Shown piece after piece: positions 12,081 to 26,284 of a DNA stretch of 64,000 nt. The notes beneath the pieces are model-generated. The model saw only the letters and a program-made list of their open reading frames with translations. It did not search any database and had not been told where the DNA came from. Made by a program: the position numbers and the translations under genes. How positions within the stretch are numbered: the stretch's first letter is position 1; each line of letters opens with the position of its first letter. The stretch is from assembly GCA_964016885.1 (NCBI GenBank), contig OZ024751.1, positions 24,800,001-24,864,000 of the forward strand, read 5' to 3'. The stretch is from Eledone cirrhosa (Eukaryota).

Positions 12081-12821
12081 CTTATCTATATATATATATA
12101 TATATAAACACATATTTATAATATATATATTTATTATATATACATAGGTGAATCTAAACGTGTGTGAATATGTGTGTATTAGAGAGATGAGTCATCTTCT
12201 GTTAGCTGCTGCTGTTCATTTCATAGTGCTGCTGCTGTTGCTGTGGTTGCTAGTGGTGGTGGTGGTGGTGGTGGTGGTGATGGTGGTGGCAGCACCAGCA
12301 GCAGTACCAGCTGTTTTGTTGTTAGTTGCTACTGAATGCTTTTCAATCCCTCTTACATACATTAGTCTCTATCTAATCATTTTCATTCCCCCTCTCTACC
12401 TTACTTTAGTCTTTCTCTCGAGATTCACTCTCTCTTACCCTCCCTCTCTCTAGTTATGTGTCACTTCTCTTTCTCTTAAAAACTTACTCTTTCTTCTCTC
12501 TCTCTCTCTCTCTCTCTTCTACTTTCTCTATACATTAACCCCCTCTCAATTTATCTCTATCTCTCTCTCTCTCTCTCTCTACTATTTTTCTTACTCTCTC
12601 TTCCTTTCTTCAACTTACACACACACACACATGCATACACAAATCTATCTCTCAAGCATACACACACTTTTTCTCATGCATATATAGACACACACACATA
12701 TCTCTCCCTCAAACATATACACACACTTTTTCTCATGCATATATAGACACACATACACACACATATCTCTCCCTCAAACATATACACACACTTTTTTTAT
12801 GCATGTACACATGCACACACA

Positions 12822-12856
<35 letters not shown>

Positions 12857-13560
12857 TTTCTCTCTCTCTCTCCCTTTGTAAGTCATGCTGTCACTCTTCC
12901 TCTCTCACACCCTCTCTTCCCCAGTCTTATAATATTCCTCTCATAATCTCTTACTCTCCCCCCCTCCCCCCTTCTCAGTGTCTCTGTCACTCTCTTTTGA
13001 TTAAGACATTCTTTTAGAAAAAGAAAAGAAAAGAAAAGAAAAGAAAGCAAAGCAACTAACAAAAAAACAAAAGCAACTTGTATTAATGGCGTTTTGAAAA
13101 AGTTGTATTACCTGGAGAGGGTTATTTGGGGAGATCTGTATTATGTTAGTTCCAGTTTACTACCAGATGTCTGCTCTTATAAACAGAGATAGTGAAAGGT
13201 GTTTAGGCCTTAATTTACACACCAACATATATGACCATCTCTATAAGAATGTCTACACTACTGAGTATATAAAATATACACTCTTATTACCCTCATCATA
13301 TACACACACGTGTTCTACATCATGATGATGGTGGCCTGCTGTATATGGAGAAAATTTGTGATTTTGTATACTTATCAAACCTGAGATCATATTTTAATGG
13401 ATATATATGGATTTATTTATATATAGATATATATTTTATATATATTTAAAAAAAAAAAATGTTAAGTGTTGTTTTTTTTCTTAAACGATGATTACAAATT
13501 GTTACTATAATTGGTAATAATTATTGGCAAGGTAAGTGTAATGTGTCAATTTATTGTATG

Positions 13561-13612
<52 letters not shown>

Positions 13613-13922
13613 CACCTGCTTGTTGCAACATTTGAACTTTTGGTATCTTTGAATATGAAAAATTTCAAACAACTGATTAGTTATTAGCTATAGCCTATTG
13701 ATTGATCTATGTGATGTAAGCTTGAGATTGCATGTGTGTGTACAGACACAAACACACACACGCACACATCTATATATGCATTTGTCATAGTGATCACAAG
13801 CATTACAGATTTGTTTTTCCATGACACACACACACACACAGTGTCCCTAAAAAAATATATACACAAAGGTTGTGCATGCTAATAAATATTGCCTGTGTGT
13901 ATGCATTGGAGGGGGAGGTACC

Positions 13923-14000
<78 letters not shown>

Positions 14001-14054
14001 GGTACCCTGCCCTCCCAAATGCATATTATATATATATATATATATATATGTATA

Positions 14055-14237
14055 TAGGAACAAATATGACCCCGACGGCAGAGGTCTGGCTATTTCTGGT
14101 CCAGAAATAGCTGTCGAAACGGCTTGAGCTCTGCCGTCGGGGTCATATTTGTTCCTATTACCCACTCTACTACACTAAGTATTGAGTACTTTGGTGCGTT
14201 ATGGTCCATCTGGTTCCTTACCACAATTCCTTCGTTA
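14055..14237 (+). mobile_element. PLE-type terminal repeat with fold-back and 3' half of a hammerhead
   Basis: Inverted repeat 14055-14157 centred on tttctggtccagaaa; GAAAC-GGC-ttgagctct-GCC-GTC-gggg; family also at 11540, 42960, 43380 and 63243. Confidence 0.6.
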
Positions 14238-15360
14238 TATATATATATACATGCTATATGTGTGTTGATGAGAGTGGGGATTTTTAGCTGTTTTTTCTTT
14301 ATCTTTCTCCCATCTATTCATCTGTCAGTATCTTTCAGTAGTTTTATATCTGTGGTTATTTACACACACTCACACACACACATTCATATATCTACACATA
14401 CATGCCCTGACACCTGAAACTTTTTAATGTGACAGTACCCTATGTTTGAAATACCTTTACATTGTATAAAGCAAGCCTTATTTAATCCCTTTTATACAAA
14501 AACTACCTGAAACTGCCCCAGGTTTCTCTGATACAAAACTGTCTGTTTTAAAGTATTCATATTTATCTTTAAAAAAAAAAAAAAATTCCCATGATAATTT
14601 TATGTAAGAACCTTTGTTAAGTTATGTTCCAAACACCAAATCAATAATGAGAAACTTAGTTAAATCCCTCCAAAATTCTTTATTATTTTTAACAATGATT
14701 GAAAAGGGGGCTAAAGTGTTTATATATATATATATATAAACTTTTCATCATAATTTTATGTAAGAATCTTTGTTCCAAACACAATGGATAATGCGAAAGT
14801 TATATTATTAAATCCCTCCAAATTCTTGATTATTTTCAACATTAATTGAAAATAATAAGTCATATCTTTCATTAGAAATATTGTTACATAAGGGTTAAAG
14901 TGTTTATATTTATCTAAAAACTTTTTATCATAGTTTTATGTAAGAACTTTTAAGTTATGTTCCAAACACAATAAATAATGAGAAAGTTAATCATTTTACT
15001 GAATCACTCCAAATTCTTGATTCATTTCGTCATTTTACGTCCGCTTTTTCCCTATAATGAGCAGTTTTTTTTTTTCATTAGAAATATAATAATGAAAGTG
15101 TGAAATATATACATACAGACAGATGCAGACCCAGACATACACACACTTAACTGTATATATATATTTACTGTGTGTAGATGTGAATTTGTGTTTTCTATTT
15201 TAGTTAATTCCTTGTTGAAGTCATTGATGAGTTATCTCCTTCCTTGTTTTCAAATTCATTGAAACTACGCTCTACAGAGTTTGGTTCTTTGAAGTGGCTG
15301 CTGGCCACTATTTTGTCTGTCTATAGAGGGATTTTACCTGATTTTCTCAGCTATATATAT

Positions 15361-16327
15361 AACTCCCAACTATAGTTCCAGTTATTTTCAGTCTACAGGG
15401 GTATTATATGTAACACCCAACTGTAGTTCCAGTTATTTTCAGTCTACAGGGGTATTATATGTAACACCCAACTGTAGTTCCAGTTATTTTCAGTCTACAG
15501 GGGTATTATATGTAACACCCAACTGTAGTTCCAGTTATTTTCTGTCTACAGGGGTATTATATGTAACACCCAACTGTAGTTCCAGTTATTTTCTGTCTAC
15601 AGGGGTATTATATGTAACACCCAACTGTAGTTCCAGTTATTTTCTGTCTACAGGGGTATTATATGTAACACCCAACTGTAGTTCCAGTTATTTTCTGTCT
15701 ACAGGGGTATTATATGTAACACCCAACTGTAGTTCCAGTTATTTTCTGTCTACAGGGGTATTATATGTAACACCCAACTATAGTTCCAGTTATTTTCAGT
15801 CTACAGGGGTATTATATGTAACACCCAACTGTAGTTCCAGTTATTTTCTGTCTACAGGGGTATTATATGTAACACCCAACTGTAGTTCCAGTTATTTTCT
15901 GTCTACAGGGGTATTATATGTAACACCCAACTGTAGTTCCAGTTATTTTCTGTCTACAGGGGTATTATATGTAACACCCAACTATAGTTCCAGTTATTTT
16001 CAGTCTACAGGGGTATTATATGTAACACCCAATTGTAGTTCCAGTTATTTTCTGTCTACAGGGGTATTATATGTAACACCCAGCTATAGTTCCAGTTATT
16101 TTCTGTCTACAGGGGTATTATATGTAACACCCAACTGTAGTTCCAGTTATTTTCTGTCTACAGGGGTATTATATGTAACACCCAACTGTAGTTCCAGTTA
16201 TTTTCTGTCTACAGGGGTATTATATGTAACACCCAACTATAGTTCCAGTTATTTTCTGTCTACAGGGGTATTATATGTAACACCCAATTGTAGTTCCAGT
16301 TATTTTCTGTCTACAGGGGTATTATAT
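15361..16327. repeat. 51-bp minisatellite, about 19 copies
   Basis: taacacccaactgtagttccagttattttc(a/t)gtctacaggggtattatatg repeated. Confidence 0.97.
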
Positions 16328-16684
16328 CTGATTTTCAATGCTATTATTTATAGCAGTTGACTGTAGTTACAGTTAATTTCTGCATTTGGGATTTCTACAA
16401 TTTCTAATAAATAAATAAATAAATGTTTATATCACAACTACAACAGATTCAGAAATATACTGAAGATTTGAGACTAATCTGTTGGAGAATAAGGTGCTAA
16501 CTTTCCTAAAACACTTGATATTCCATTGACCACAGGAAGCATTTATTTTATGGCCATTGCTCTTGCTAGAGAAGGGTTTAACCTTGTGAGGGCTCCATGT
16601 CAGGTTTTATTCTCAGGATGGGCTCCTTTTTTGAGGGAATGTTTTATTGTTGGATGCTCTTCCTATTGACATCCCTTATCTCAC

Positions 16685-17292
16685 CGTCTTATGACACACA
16701 AGGAAATGGTGTACCTATTCTAAACCAAACACACACCAATTACCATCCCATCTTATGACACAGTGACATGGTGTACTTATTCCAAACCAAATCAAACCAA
16801 TTACCATCCCAGTCTTATGACACTCAGGAATATGGTGTACCTACTCCAAACCAAATACAAATTACCATCCCAGTCTTATGACACTCAGGAATATGGTGTA
16901 CCTACTCCAAACCAAATACAAATTACCATCCCAGTATTATGACACTCAGGAGTATGGTGTACCTATTCCAAACCAAATCAAACCAATTATCATCCCAGTC
17001 TTATGACACAGGAAAATGGTGTACCTATTCCAAACCAAATACAAATTACCATCCCAGTCTTATGACACTGAGGAATATGGTGTACCTATTCCAAACCAAA
17101 TACAAATTACCATCCCAGTCTTATGACACTCAGGAATATGGTGTACCTATTCCAAACCAAATACAAATTACCATCCCAGTCTTATGACACTCAGGAGTAT
17201 GGTGTACCTATTCCAAACCAAATACAAATTACCATCCCAGTCTTATGACACTCAGGAATATGGTGTACCTACTCCAAACTAAATACACACCA
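16685..17292. repeat. 61-bp minisatellite, about 10 copies
   Basis: caaattaccatcccagtcttatgacactcaggaatatggtgtacctactccaaaccaaata repeated. Confidence 0.95.
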
Positions 17293-17399
17293 ATTTTATT
17301 CTAATAAATAAATGTTAACATCAACTGCTACAGATTCTGAATAATTTGGAAGATGTGAGACTGGTATCTGTTGAGTGAAGGAAACTTTAAATAATAAAA

Positions 17400-17605
17400 T
17401 AATAATAATTGTTTCTACATTTGGCACAAGGCCAGCAATTTGAAGGGGAGGGAAAAGTCGACTAAATTGATCCCAGTGCATGACTGGTGCATAATTTAAT
17501 TGACCCGTAAGGATGAAAGGCAAGGCTAACCTCGGTGGGATTTTAACTCAGAACATAAAGGGCCGTAACTAAATACTGCAAAGCATGTTGTCCAACACTC
17601 TAAAT
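17400..17605 (-). mobile_element. tRNA-derived SINE family B (gcctttcatcct...ggggtcgataaaataaagtaccag core, (ATT)n tail)
   Basis: Homologous to copies at 20265, 27462, 33803, 34027, 37845, 38041, 43900-44360, 47790 and 49918. Confidence 0.8.
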
Positions 17606-17686
17606 AATGAAAACTTTAGTAGAGTATGGCTATATTATAAAGAATCAGGGCCTGACAGTTGAACTGTTGCCATTTCAACAGCTAGT

Positions 17687-17774
<88 letters not shown>

Positions 17775-18069
17775 TGCCACCATATCCGTATTTACAATGT
17801 ATGTATTTATTCCCTATAGTGGTTCAACAGAGATTGATAAAATAGGTAGTGGTGTTGATGTGATCAACTAAATAAACCCCTGGCTTAGTTGTAGTCTATC
17901 TAGACTGAAACCAATAAAAGACTTAAACCAATTATAATAAAGATGTAGGGTGGGGGGGTAAGGGCGGAGTTGATGAGCTGTCACTTTTAATTGACATTGC
18001 TCTAATTATTAACGAGGCTTTCATCTCTCTCAAATTTAGGATTATTTTCTTTTTTTGTGCATAAATTAT

Positions 18070-18422
18070 GTCTTAATTTAATCTTATTGCTGAAATGTAC
18101 ACACACACGCACACACCCATGGCTGTACATGCACACACACCTGTATACATACGTACACACACACACACCTGTACACGTACACACACACACACACACACAC
18201 CTGTACACGTACATACACACACACACACACACACACACCTGTACACGTACACACACACGCACACACCTGTACACGTACATACACACACACCCACGGCTGT
18301 ACATGCTAACACACACACACACACACCTGTACACACACACACACACACCTGTACACACACACACACACATCTGTACACATACTCACAGCTTTACACACAC
18401 ACACACCTGTAATGCACACACA

Positions 18423-18458
<36 letters not shown>

Positions 18459-18860
18459 TCTTGTATATATATATATCATCATCATTTAATGTTTATTTTC
18501 CATGCTAGCATACTAATACACACCCATATATGTGTGCACCTATGTATGTACACACAAATGCACACCTATATATGCATATATATATATATATACTTATACA
18601 CATATACTCGCATGTTATGTAATTTCAAAGGAAGCCAGCTAAGCCTGCGTAGATATGAGCAGTAAATTTAATACACATATGTATACACACACACACATAT
18701 ATACATGCATACACACACACACATATATATATATAAATATATATATATATACTAACATACATACACCTATACATATATACACTAACATACATACACACAC
18801 ATGCATACACATATACATATACACTTACATACACACTTACATCCATACACACATATAGTA
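18070..18860. repeat. (CA)n/(TA)n compound microsatellite region
   Basis: Direct reading; source of the spurious HT/VC ORFs. Confidence 0.95.
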
Positions 18861-18980
18861 TAGAGAAAATCATATAATTGAAATAGCAGTATTGTTTAAT
18901 TATTTTATTTTCTAATTAATTAAATTATACCTAATTAGTGAAATAATTATACTACCAACTATGTATTAGATAGTATAGTA

Positions 18981-19322
18981 TGAGGGCTGGCTGAATAGTT
19001 CATAGGCTGACTAAGATACTCTCATGGAATGACCAAATGAGGTTTATTTCCCAACATAGAACCTGAAATGAGACAATGCAGTTATTATTTAAAAGATTTG
19101 AAATTAATGCATATAAGATTTCACAGCTCTAGCGTCAATCCTTCATAGGCTGACCAAGATACTCTCATGGAATGACTAAATGAGGGTTATTTTTCAACAT
19201 AGTCCCTGGAAAGAAACAATGCAGTTATTAATAAGTAAGAGTTGAAATTAATGCACATAAGATTTCACAGCTCTAGCATCACTCTTTTATAGTCAGCCTA
19301 TGAACTTTTCAGCTGACTTTCA
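18981..19322. mobile_element. Mariner-type MITE with internal ~145-bp duplication
   Basis: ta|tgagggctggctgaatagttcataggctgact ... agtcagcctatgaacttttcagctgactttca|ta; partial copy at 31520-31685. Confidence 0.75.
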
Positions 19323-19454
19323 TAGTTTTAACCTTTCATTACTCAACTGACTGAACCCCCCCTCCCTGTTCTATCATTAAAGAATATCATAATTTTATGC
19401 AAGAACATTTAAGTTGTGCTCCAAATACTAACATAATAATAGGAAAGATGATTA

Positions 19455-19662
19455 TAAGAGGTTGCTGTAAAGTTCCTGGTTTTAGGTAAAATAAAATACA
19501 GGAGGATCAATTAATTATGATTTTATTCAACATATTCCTCACTCAGATTCACACACTTATTGCAGCAGTCCTTCAGTTTTTCTAAGCCCTGTAAAAAGAA
19601 CTCAGAAGGTTGAGGCTCCAACCAGGCCTCTTAAATACCCTGAACTTTTCAGGACTCTCTCA
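19455..19662 (-). mobile_element. Mariner-derived MITE (same family as 6030 and 39784)
   Basis: Reverse-orientation homology including cttattgcagcagtccttcagtttttctaagccc. Confidence 0.8.
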
Positions 19663-20264
19663 TATATTACCAAATCCCTTCAAATTCTTGAATATTTTCA
19701 GAAACATTACATGAGAATCACAGGCAGTCTCTTTCATTGGAAGAATATACTGCCTGTGTGTAGTCTACCCTTTTGTGACCATATTTCTAACAAGTATATA
19801 CTGCCTGTGTCTTTTGTCAAGATAATTAAGAGTTTTTGATAATAAGATAACTATGAATTTAATAATTGTTTCTGCTTTTGACACATGGTCTGTAATTTGA
19901 AAGGTAAGTGGGCAAAGCCAAGTAAATCAACCCCAAAGCTTTACTGGTACTTTATCAACCCTGTTAGGATGAAAGCAGACCCCACTTCAGCAGGATTTGA
20001 ACTCAGCGCATAAAGTGTTGTAACTATATGATGCTCTGCCAATCTATCACTCTCATTATGAATTTAATAATAATGGAATTTAATAATAATGGAATTTAAA
20101 TTTGAATGGTTTAACCCTTTACTTACCAACCTAGCCAAAACTGGCTCTGGTTCTATGAAATAAAACCAACCATTTTAAAAGTTTGCAATTTAAGTTAAAA
20201 TCTTCCACCATAATTTTATATTAGAACATTACATCAAGTTACTATCTTAATAAAGAAATAATTA

Positions 20265-20453
20265 ATAATTGTTTCTATTTAGGCACAAGGCCAGCAATTA
20301 TCCTAGTGCATTACTGGTACTTTATTTTATCGACCCCGTAAGGATGAAAGGCAAAGTTAACCTCGGCGGAATTTGAACTCAGATCATAAAGGGACGTAAC
20401 TATGCTGGAAAGCATGGCGTCCGACCCTCTACCGATACTGCCAATACACCGCC
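20265..20453 (-). mobile_element. SINE family B
   Basis: Near full-length copy flanked by a repeated taaagaaataattaataat (possible target-site duplication). Confidence 0.85.
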
Positions 20454-20759
20454 TAAAGAAATAATTAATAATGTTTAGTAAATACCTCAAAATTCTTCAT
20501 TAATTAATTAAAATAGAGTATCTTTCATTAGATATGTAGTCATGAAAGGGTTGAATGAGGTAGTTTATGCCAGATTGTTGATAGTTCAATAGTTTAAAGT
20601 ATATACTGCTGCCCATATACTATTTAGTATACCAGCTGAAAATATTGATCAGCCTAGTCTTTACAAAGTGTTTTGTGTGTTGAAACTGATACATGACAGT
20701 TTTTATAACTATGATGGTAAATATTAAGCATTTATTACATTAGTTATATCAATAACTTT

Positions 20760-21462
20760 ATATAACTGTGGTTGTAACACTAACTATATACAGCTGTGGT
20801 TGTAACACCATATATAGCTGTGGTTGTAACACTAACTTTATATAACTGTGGTTGTGACACTAACTTTATATAGCTGTGGCTGTGACACCATATGTAGCTG
20901 TGGTTGTGACACCATTTATAGCTGTGGCTGTAACATCATATATAGCTGGTTGTAACATCATATATAGCTGGTTGTAACATCATATATAGCTGGTTGTAAC
21001 ATCATATATAGCTGGTTGTAACATCATATATAGCTGTGGTTGTGACACCATATATAATTGTGGTTGTGACACCATTTATAGCTGTGGTTGTGACATCATA
21101 TATAGCTGTGGTTGTGACACAATATGTAGCTGTGGTTGTGACACCAAATATAACTGTGGTTGTGACACCAAATATAACTGGTTGTGACACCATTTATAAC
21201 TGTGGTTGTGACACCAAATATAACTGGTTGTGACACCATTTATAGCTGTGGTTGTGACACCATTTATAGCTGTGGTTGTGACACCATTTATAGCTGTGGT
21301 TGTGACACAATATGTAGCTGTGGTTGTGACACAATATGTAGCTGTGGTTGTGACACCATTTATAGCTGTGGTTGTGACACCATTTATAGCTGTGGTTGTG
21401 ACACCATTTATAGCTGTGGCTGTGGCACCATTTATAGCTGTGGTTGTGACACCATACATAGC
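20760..21462. repeat. 24-bp minisatellite (21-bp variants)
   Basis: tatagctgtggttgtgacaccatt repeated. Confidence 0.95.
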
Positions 21463-21984
21463 CCCTGGTAGGATAGACTTGTGTGTGTTGTCCCTGGTAG
21501 GACAAACTTGTGTGTGTGAGGTCTTTGATAAGGACTGACTTGTGTGTGCATGTGTAACTCATAACAACAGTAATGATAATCCATACAATCCAATCTTCTT
21601 CCTTGTCAATGTTTTGTCATATTTTCCTTCTCTGCCGTAGTTTCTCAATGTTATATGTATGCATCTATCTAAAAAGAGAAAGACTAAGAATTATAGAGAG
21701 AGATCGCTAAATCGCCTAATGCGGTCCCTAGGGCATTGAAAATTTGAAATTTTTTTGCTTAGAACACTCCCTGAAACATAAGTATTACATGTGTAAAGTT
21801 TGAAAAGTCGGTTGGGTGCTTCTCTTATTTTAGGGATTCAAACTCACACACACACAGACAGACATCCTCAGTTATATATATATAGATTGCTTAAGGAAGT
21901 TTAGTTGCCTGGCTGACTATTGTTCACCTTAGCTGTATGGTTATATGACACACTCTCCTTTCACACATACACTGACACAGTCAG

Positions 21985-22745
21985 ACAAACACACACACAT
22001 ACATACAGACACACACATACATACAGACACACACATACATACAGACACACACATACATACAGACACACACATACATACAGACACACACATACATACAGAC
22101 ACACACATACATACAGACACACACATACACACAGACACACACATACATACAGACACACACATACACACACACACATACATACAGACACACACACACACAT
22201 ACAGACACACACACAGACACACACACAGACAGACATACACACACACATCTTAACGGAATGCATATCAGCCCCCCCCCCCCTTCACACACACATCATCATC
22301 TCATCGTCGCCATCATCATCATCATCATCATCACCATTGTCATCACCACCATCATCGTCATCACCACCATCTTCACCAATGTCATCACCACCATCATCAT
22401 CATCATCACCAATGTCACCACCACCACCATCATCATCATCACCATCATTATCACCATTATCATCATCATCATCACCAATGTCATCACCACCACCATCATC
22501 ATCACCACCATCATCATCATTATCACCATTATCATCATCATCACCAATGTCATCATCACCAATGTCATCATCATCACCATCATCATCACCAATGTCATCA
22601 CCACCATCATCATCATCGTCATCACCATCATCATTGTCATCACCATCATCACCACCATCACCACCACCACCACCACCACCACCACCACCACCACCACCAC
22701 CACCACCACCATCATCATCATCACCACCATTATCATCATTGTCAT
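21985..22745. repeat. (CA)-rich 18-bp repeat followed by (CAT/CAC)n trinucleotide tract
   Basis: acagacacacacatacat units, then cat/cac triplets. Confidence 0.95.
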
Positions 22746-22820
22746 CCGCTTCTTTTGGCAAAATCTTATAATTTTCTCACCAATTCAGACAAAATATGAG
22801 GGACTTCTCTACATGTATGG

Positions 22821-23080
22821 TTGACTTAAAGATGGCGGCCAAACTTGCCACAAATTCTCTCTCTTCTCTCCACTTGACTTAAAGATGGCGGCCAAACTTG
22901 CCACAAACTCTCTCTCTTCTCTCCACTTGACTTAAAGATGGCGGCCAAACTTGCCACAAACTCTCTCTTCTCTCCACTTGACTTAAAGATGGCGGCCAAA
23001 CTTGCCACAAACTCTCTCTTCTCTCCACTTGACTTAAAGATGGCGGCCAAACTTGCCACAAACTCTCTCTCTTCTCTCCA
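22821..23080. repeat. 51-53-bp tandem repeat x5, each unit carrying AAGATGGCGGC
   Basis: ttgacttaaagatggcggccaaacttgccacaaactctctcttctctccac at 22821, 22874, 22927, 22978 and 23029. Confidence 0.95.
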
Positions 23081-23197
23081 CATTTGCCCTTTCTTATGTA
23101 CTTGATTACCTCATAGAAATAAACCTAGTTTTGTTTTCATTTTATTTCATTCCTTCCATATACTCTACCAATTGTGTTGTTATCTCTGTTAAACTTT

Positions 23198-23385
<188 letters not shown>

Positions 23386-23944
23386 CTAGTTCATTATCAT
23401 TAGTTCTATACATAAAAAGATATACACCAACCTGTTCTATAAAAGAATGGAGGAGTGATTGTCTTTGTTATTTGTAGTAGTAGTAGTAATACAAGTAGTA
23501 GTAGTAGTAGTAATAATACAAGTAGTAGTAATACAAGTAGTAGTAGTAGTAGTAATAGATCTAGCCAAACTAATCTAACCAGTTAGAATGATTAAAGCAA
23601 GCCCCCTCCTCCCCCAAGACCCATTCTTGATAGTCTTTGAATTGCTGGAAACTAAAACTGTTGTTGTTATTATCTATTAATAATTAGCAGTCAATTCTAT
23701 AGTTTTATTTGTTTTCAAAAGTTATTTATTTCTCAATCAGTTTTGTAATGACCTTGAAGTTTGGGCCAGAGAAATCTGGGAGAATTTCTATTAGAATTAA
23801 CCTTATTTTTTTGGTATTTATTCATTTGTGTGGTTTGTGGCCATACTGGAGTACCTCTATGGTTATTGGTGGTGGTGGTGATGTTATGAGACTCACACCT
23901 ACATAGGTATAGCCTGTCATGAGTTTGTTCTCATCAGAGGTTTC

Positions 23945-24148
23945 TTGGTTGTCTGGTTTGGTCTAGCAGTTTGGCTGTTGGTCTCACTATTATAAGGTCC
24001 TGGTTGTGGCCTGGCCTAATAGTTTGCCTGTTGGTCTCACTATTATAAGGTCCTGGTTGTGGCCAGGCCTAGTAGTTTGGCTGTTGGGCTCACTATTATA
24101 AGGTCCTGGTTGTGGCCAGGCCTAGTAGTTTGGGTGTTGGGTTCACTA
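23945..24148. repeat. ~53-bp tandem repeat, about 4 copies
   Basis: ctagtagtttggctgttgggctcactattataaggtcctggttgtggccaggc repeated with drift. Confidence 0.9.
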
Positions 24149-24705
24149 GCTTAAAGACTGACCAGTGTGTGGTATAGTGTGTAGACTGACCAGTGTATGG
24201 GGTAGACTAATGGTTAGAGATGTTTACTTCTAACTTACTTAAAAAAGAGATCTTGCTTATTTTTTTTTTAAATCTGAGTCATCAACTAACTGCTGCTGCT
24301 GCTACTACTACATAGTCATATACCACACCTAGTGATTTAATAAACAAAACCTTTCAACTTTGCCCTCTCTATTTGTCATTTCCTCTGTCAGTTCCATTTC
24401 TTCTCTCAAATCTATTTTTAACTCTTTTAATACCAAACCACTTGAAACCCTGTCTCTGGCTCATTGATACAAAACTATTTGAACACATCACAATCACTGT
24501 CATCATCATGATTTAATGTTATTTTCCTTCCTAGCAAGGGCTGGGTGTGCCATGATAGATCAAGTCAGTATTCACTGATCTCTCAGGCGAGCTAGGTTCT
24601 GCATCTTGCTTACATACCTTCCCAAACTCTGCAGCAGATACCTTTTATCATGGCCCCATCATAATTTTCTGTAAGTATCTTGGTTATGTTCCAAAACCAA
24701 CTTAA

Positions 24706-24925
24706 CCCTTTAGCATTCACATTATTTTATATATACTATTATATTTTCATGGTAAAGGCTTTACGTCACATAAATATCTCACATAATTTCGAATCTGTGA
24801 GATTTTGAAAGTATTTATTTTGAGAACAATACCTTAACATCAGTTTGAGTGACCAGTTACAGCCAGTTTCAACAGAAAGAGGTAGAGAATTCTGGCCGGT
24901 TTTGGCTGGTTCGAACACTAAAGGG
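24706..24925. mobile_element. piggyBac-type MITE
   Basis: ttaa|ccctttagcattc...gaacactaaaggg|ttaa. Confidence 0.8.
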
Positions 24926-26284
24926 TTAATAACAAGAAAGTTAGCTATATTACTAAATTTATTGCAAATCATAGTGTCTTTCATTAGAAATATAGTAATG
25001 AAAGAGTTAAACAATCTCATTATGTATTGAAACCCACAAACTAGTTTTTATTTTTGGAGTTTGCTGTATATTTTGATACAATGTTGAAATCATCATCATC
25101 ATCATCATCATCACTGTTTGATGTCCATTTTTCCTTGCTGGCATGGGTTAGATAAAATAGAACTTGTAAATTATTTAGCAGAGGTGATGAGATTAAAGTT
25201 CTAGCTTGAAGCCATATTAAAATTACTGTACATTGTTCTTTGTTGTAAGACTTGATATCTCTTCCTTCTTTGTGTATAGCTGTTAAACAGTTATTGTCCC
25301 TCCTACATCATGGTTCAATGACTTAGGAAGTACATGGTGACACATTGGCAGTCATTAGGGCATTTGGATTAAATACATTTTCCGCATTTGTTCTGGCTCT
25401 TAGCACTTTCAATTAAAATCTCACTGAGGTCAACTCTATTTTTCTCTTTCTGTTGGGTTGATAAATAAAGTACCAACCAATGTGGTATATTAACAGAATT
25501 GTTAGAAGCTCAGACATAATGACTTGTGGTATCTCTTTTGGCTCTGTGGATTCTGAATATAAATTCTGCTCCTGTTAATGGGAAACTGGGGATATGGTAG
25601 GACTGGTTATTAAAACCTCCAAGAAACCTTATTAAATGCAATCTCAACAGAAACTGGCTAAACCAGCAATGTGAGAACCATAACAATAACAACATTCAGA
25701 AGTACACCCAGCTCTTATAGAATTATATGTCTATATGTAAAAATTCTGCTATCAACAATATCTTCATCATTTTTATGTCTGGGTTATCACAATTCAAGTC
25801 ATCAGACTTACTGCCCTCTGTTTATTCCATTTTTGGTATGGTTTCTGTGGATGTTGTTCCTTTACAGAGTGCCATGTCCTCAACAAGACTAAACAGTCCT
25901 ATTCACCTTATGTTATCTGCTTATTTGCCAATCACCTTACACAGTGTACTGAGTAAACACTAAGCTGTTATTGTGTTTATAGTCTTTTGTTTTTTCCAAA
26001 ACATCTGTAAGGATTTAGCAGAAAATGTCTAAAAATAGGTTTGTTAATTGAAATGTTTATAATATCTTTACTTGTGGACAGATTATGAAAATGTTCAGTA
26101 TTAGGGTAAAGGTTTTAATTTTTCATATGATGCAGTCATGGCATTGTTTTGTACTTTTTGCAAATGTCTTGTTTATGTGGCTTCATGTGGTACAGGATAT
26201 TAAGAATTAACCTAAAAAGGTTTATGATTTTGACACCACAAAATAAATCACCATCACCATCCATCCACTTTCTATACTGGCATG

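Noticed and set aside
12148-12453. Hydrophobic 101-aa ORF (possible membrane protein)
   Set aside because: GTG start; built from (GCT)/(GGT) and CT repeats; no homology recognised.
21920-22824. Gly/Asp-rich or Ser/Pro-rich ORFs resembling a structural protein
   Set aside because: All frames are open because of (CAT/CAC)n repeats; no splice signals or unique coding sequence seen.
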